This document shows, one piece after another, positions 62,804 to 64,000 of a stretch of DNA of 64,000 nt. The notes under the pieces are model-generated. The model saw only the letters and a program-made list of their open reading frames with translations, was not told the origin of the DNA and ran no database searches. Numbering within the stretch: position 1 is the stretch's first letter; every line of letters starts with the position of its first letter. The position numbers were made by a program, and so were the translations under genes. Source of the stretch: Lama guanicoe (Eukaryota); NCBI GenBank assembly GCA_013239625.1, contig MU054323.1, forward strand, positions 5,879,220 to 5,943,219, given 5' to 3'.

Positions 62804-64000
62804 CAATGGGCAGTGGGAAGAGATGACTTCTGAGGTCCTGTCCTGCTCTAAACTCCCTCTGTGTCATCACATCTGCCCTGCCTACCTCGCAGGAATGACG
62901 TAAGGTGGAACAGTGCACACTCCTGGCCAGCTGAGTGTTTGCTCCAACCTGTTCTTGCAAATAGTGCTGCCCTTTCCATTCAGTTCCCTGGAGGCCCCCT
63001 CGCCTTTTCTTTCATTGCTTGCTGTTTGAGAGGGATTTGTGCGAGCCACGATTTTCATGCACCCCCAATAGCAGCTTTATCTAATGAGGATGAGATGCTT
63101 ACACATATTTTCATTCTTTAAAAAAAACATCGGCTATTAATTTGTCAGAATTATTCATATTTTACTGATGATATTTTCCATGTATCTAATCAGGGAGCTC
63201 ATGAATAGAAATGAAACTATTTAAATACAGAGATGGTGTACATTGTGAGATCTTGTTTTCTCAAGCTGTTTCATAATGCAGTGAATACATTTATTTCTTC
63301 TAAAAACAGGTTTTGCAGCCATCAAAAAAAAAGTTTTTTTAAATCTTTGACTAAATATGACTCTATTCATATTTGTATGAATAGATATGCTAAATCGGTG
63401 TGCTTGGCATCTGCGCGTGTGTGTTTGCACGCGCGTGTGTGTCCGAGACGTGTGCTCATTAGAAGCGTGTTTCCTGGTTTTCTCCGTAGGGACAGGAGAC
63501 TGTTTTCAGTGAGAAAAATGGAAAAACACATTTGGACCAAATCTTTAGGATGGATGGATGGCAAAGTGAAAGTACAAATTGAAATGGGGCTGAATAATAT
63601 TCGAGATAATTATTTGTACAATGTAGACTTTTAAACTGCTCAAAATTCCAGCCGCACTTACCTACGCTGAAAGAGGCTTAGAATCATTAAACAAAGCCAG
63701 ATATTAAATATACTACTGCTATCTCTCGAAACATTAGCAAGTAATGTAAAACACATGGCATCTACTCAATGGAAAATCTGAGAATACAAATTATAATAGT
63801 TGTCTTATAAGACCTCTGGGAAGCTTGAACTAAATTGCTTAATTCCATTAATAACAAACTATTACTCTAGCTATTAAAGTAACATGAGGTAATAGAGATC
63901 ATGTCGGGAGATTGCACCGAGGTTCTTTCTTCACCTAGCACAAATGTATTCAGGGGCATTGATAGATTTTAATTGACTATGGCAACTGAATAACAACAAA

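Overview
This is mammalian genomic DNA. I found no supportable protein-coding gene, rRNA/tRNA gene or CRISPR array, and the ORF track looks like chance ORFs or repeat-derived fragments. The window reads as intergenic or deep-intronic sequence full of old interspersed repeats (MIR, L2, L1M, CR1/L3, MaLR/ERVL solo LTRs, hAT-Charlie and Tigger remnants) plus three younger 5'-truncated L1 3' ends. The young L1 type, an internally deleted Tigger1, and the absence of visible Alu, Bov-tA/BovB, CHR or PRE1 SINEs suggest a cetartiodactyl, possibly a camelid (inference). The most notable structure is a ~650-bp inverted duplication of mostly unique sequence (50133-50789 vs 56868-57830) flanking a 6.08-kb spacer. 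Its core is near-identical while its edges are diverged, and one arm carries an L1 insertion whose empty site is visible in the other arm. A 199-bp direct duplication (46994-47192 / 48099-48297) lies just upstream. Several repeat-free blocks look like cis-regulatory elements, and 20.6-23.6 kb has CTCF/YY1/CRE motifs and + strand splice signals. All repeat family names come from remembered consensus sequences by eye, boundaries are approximate unless a TSD is cited, and identity counts are manual.
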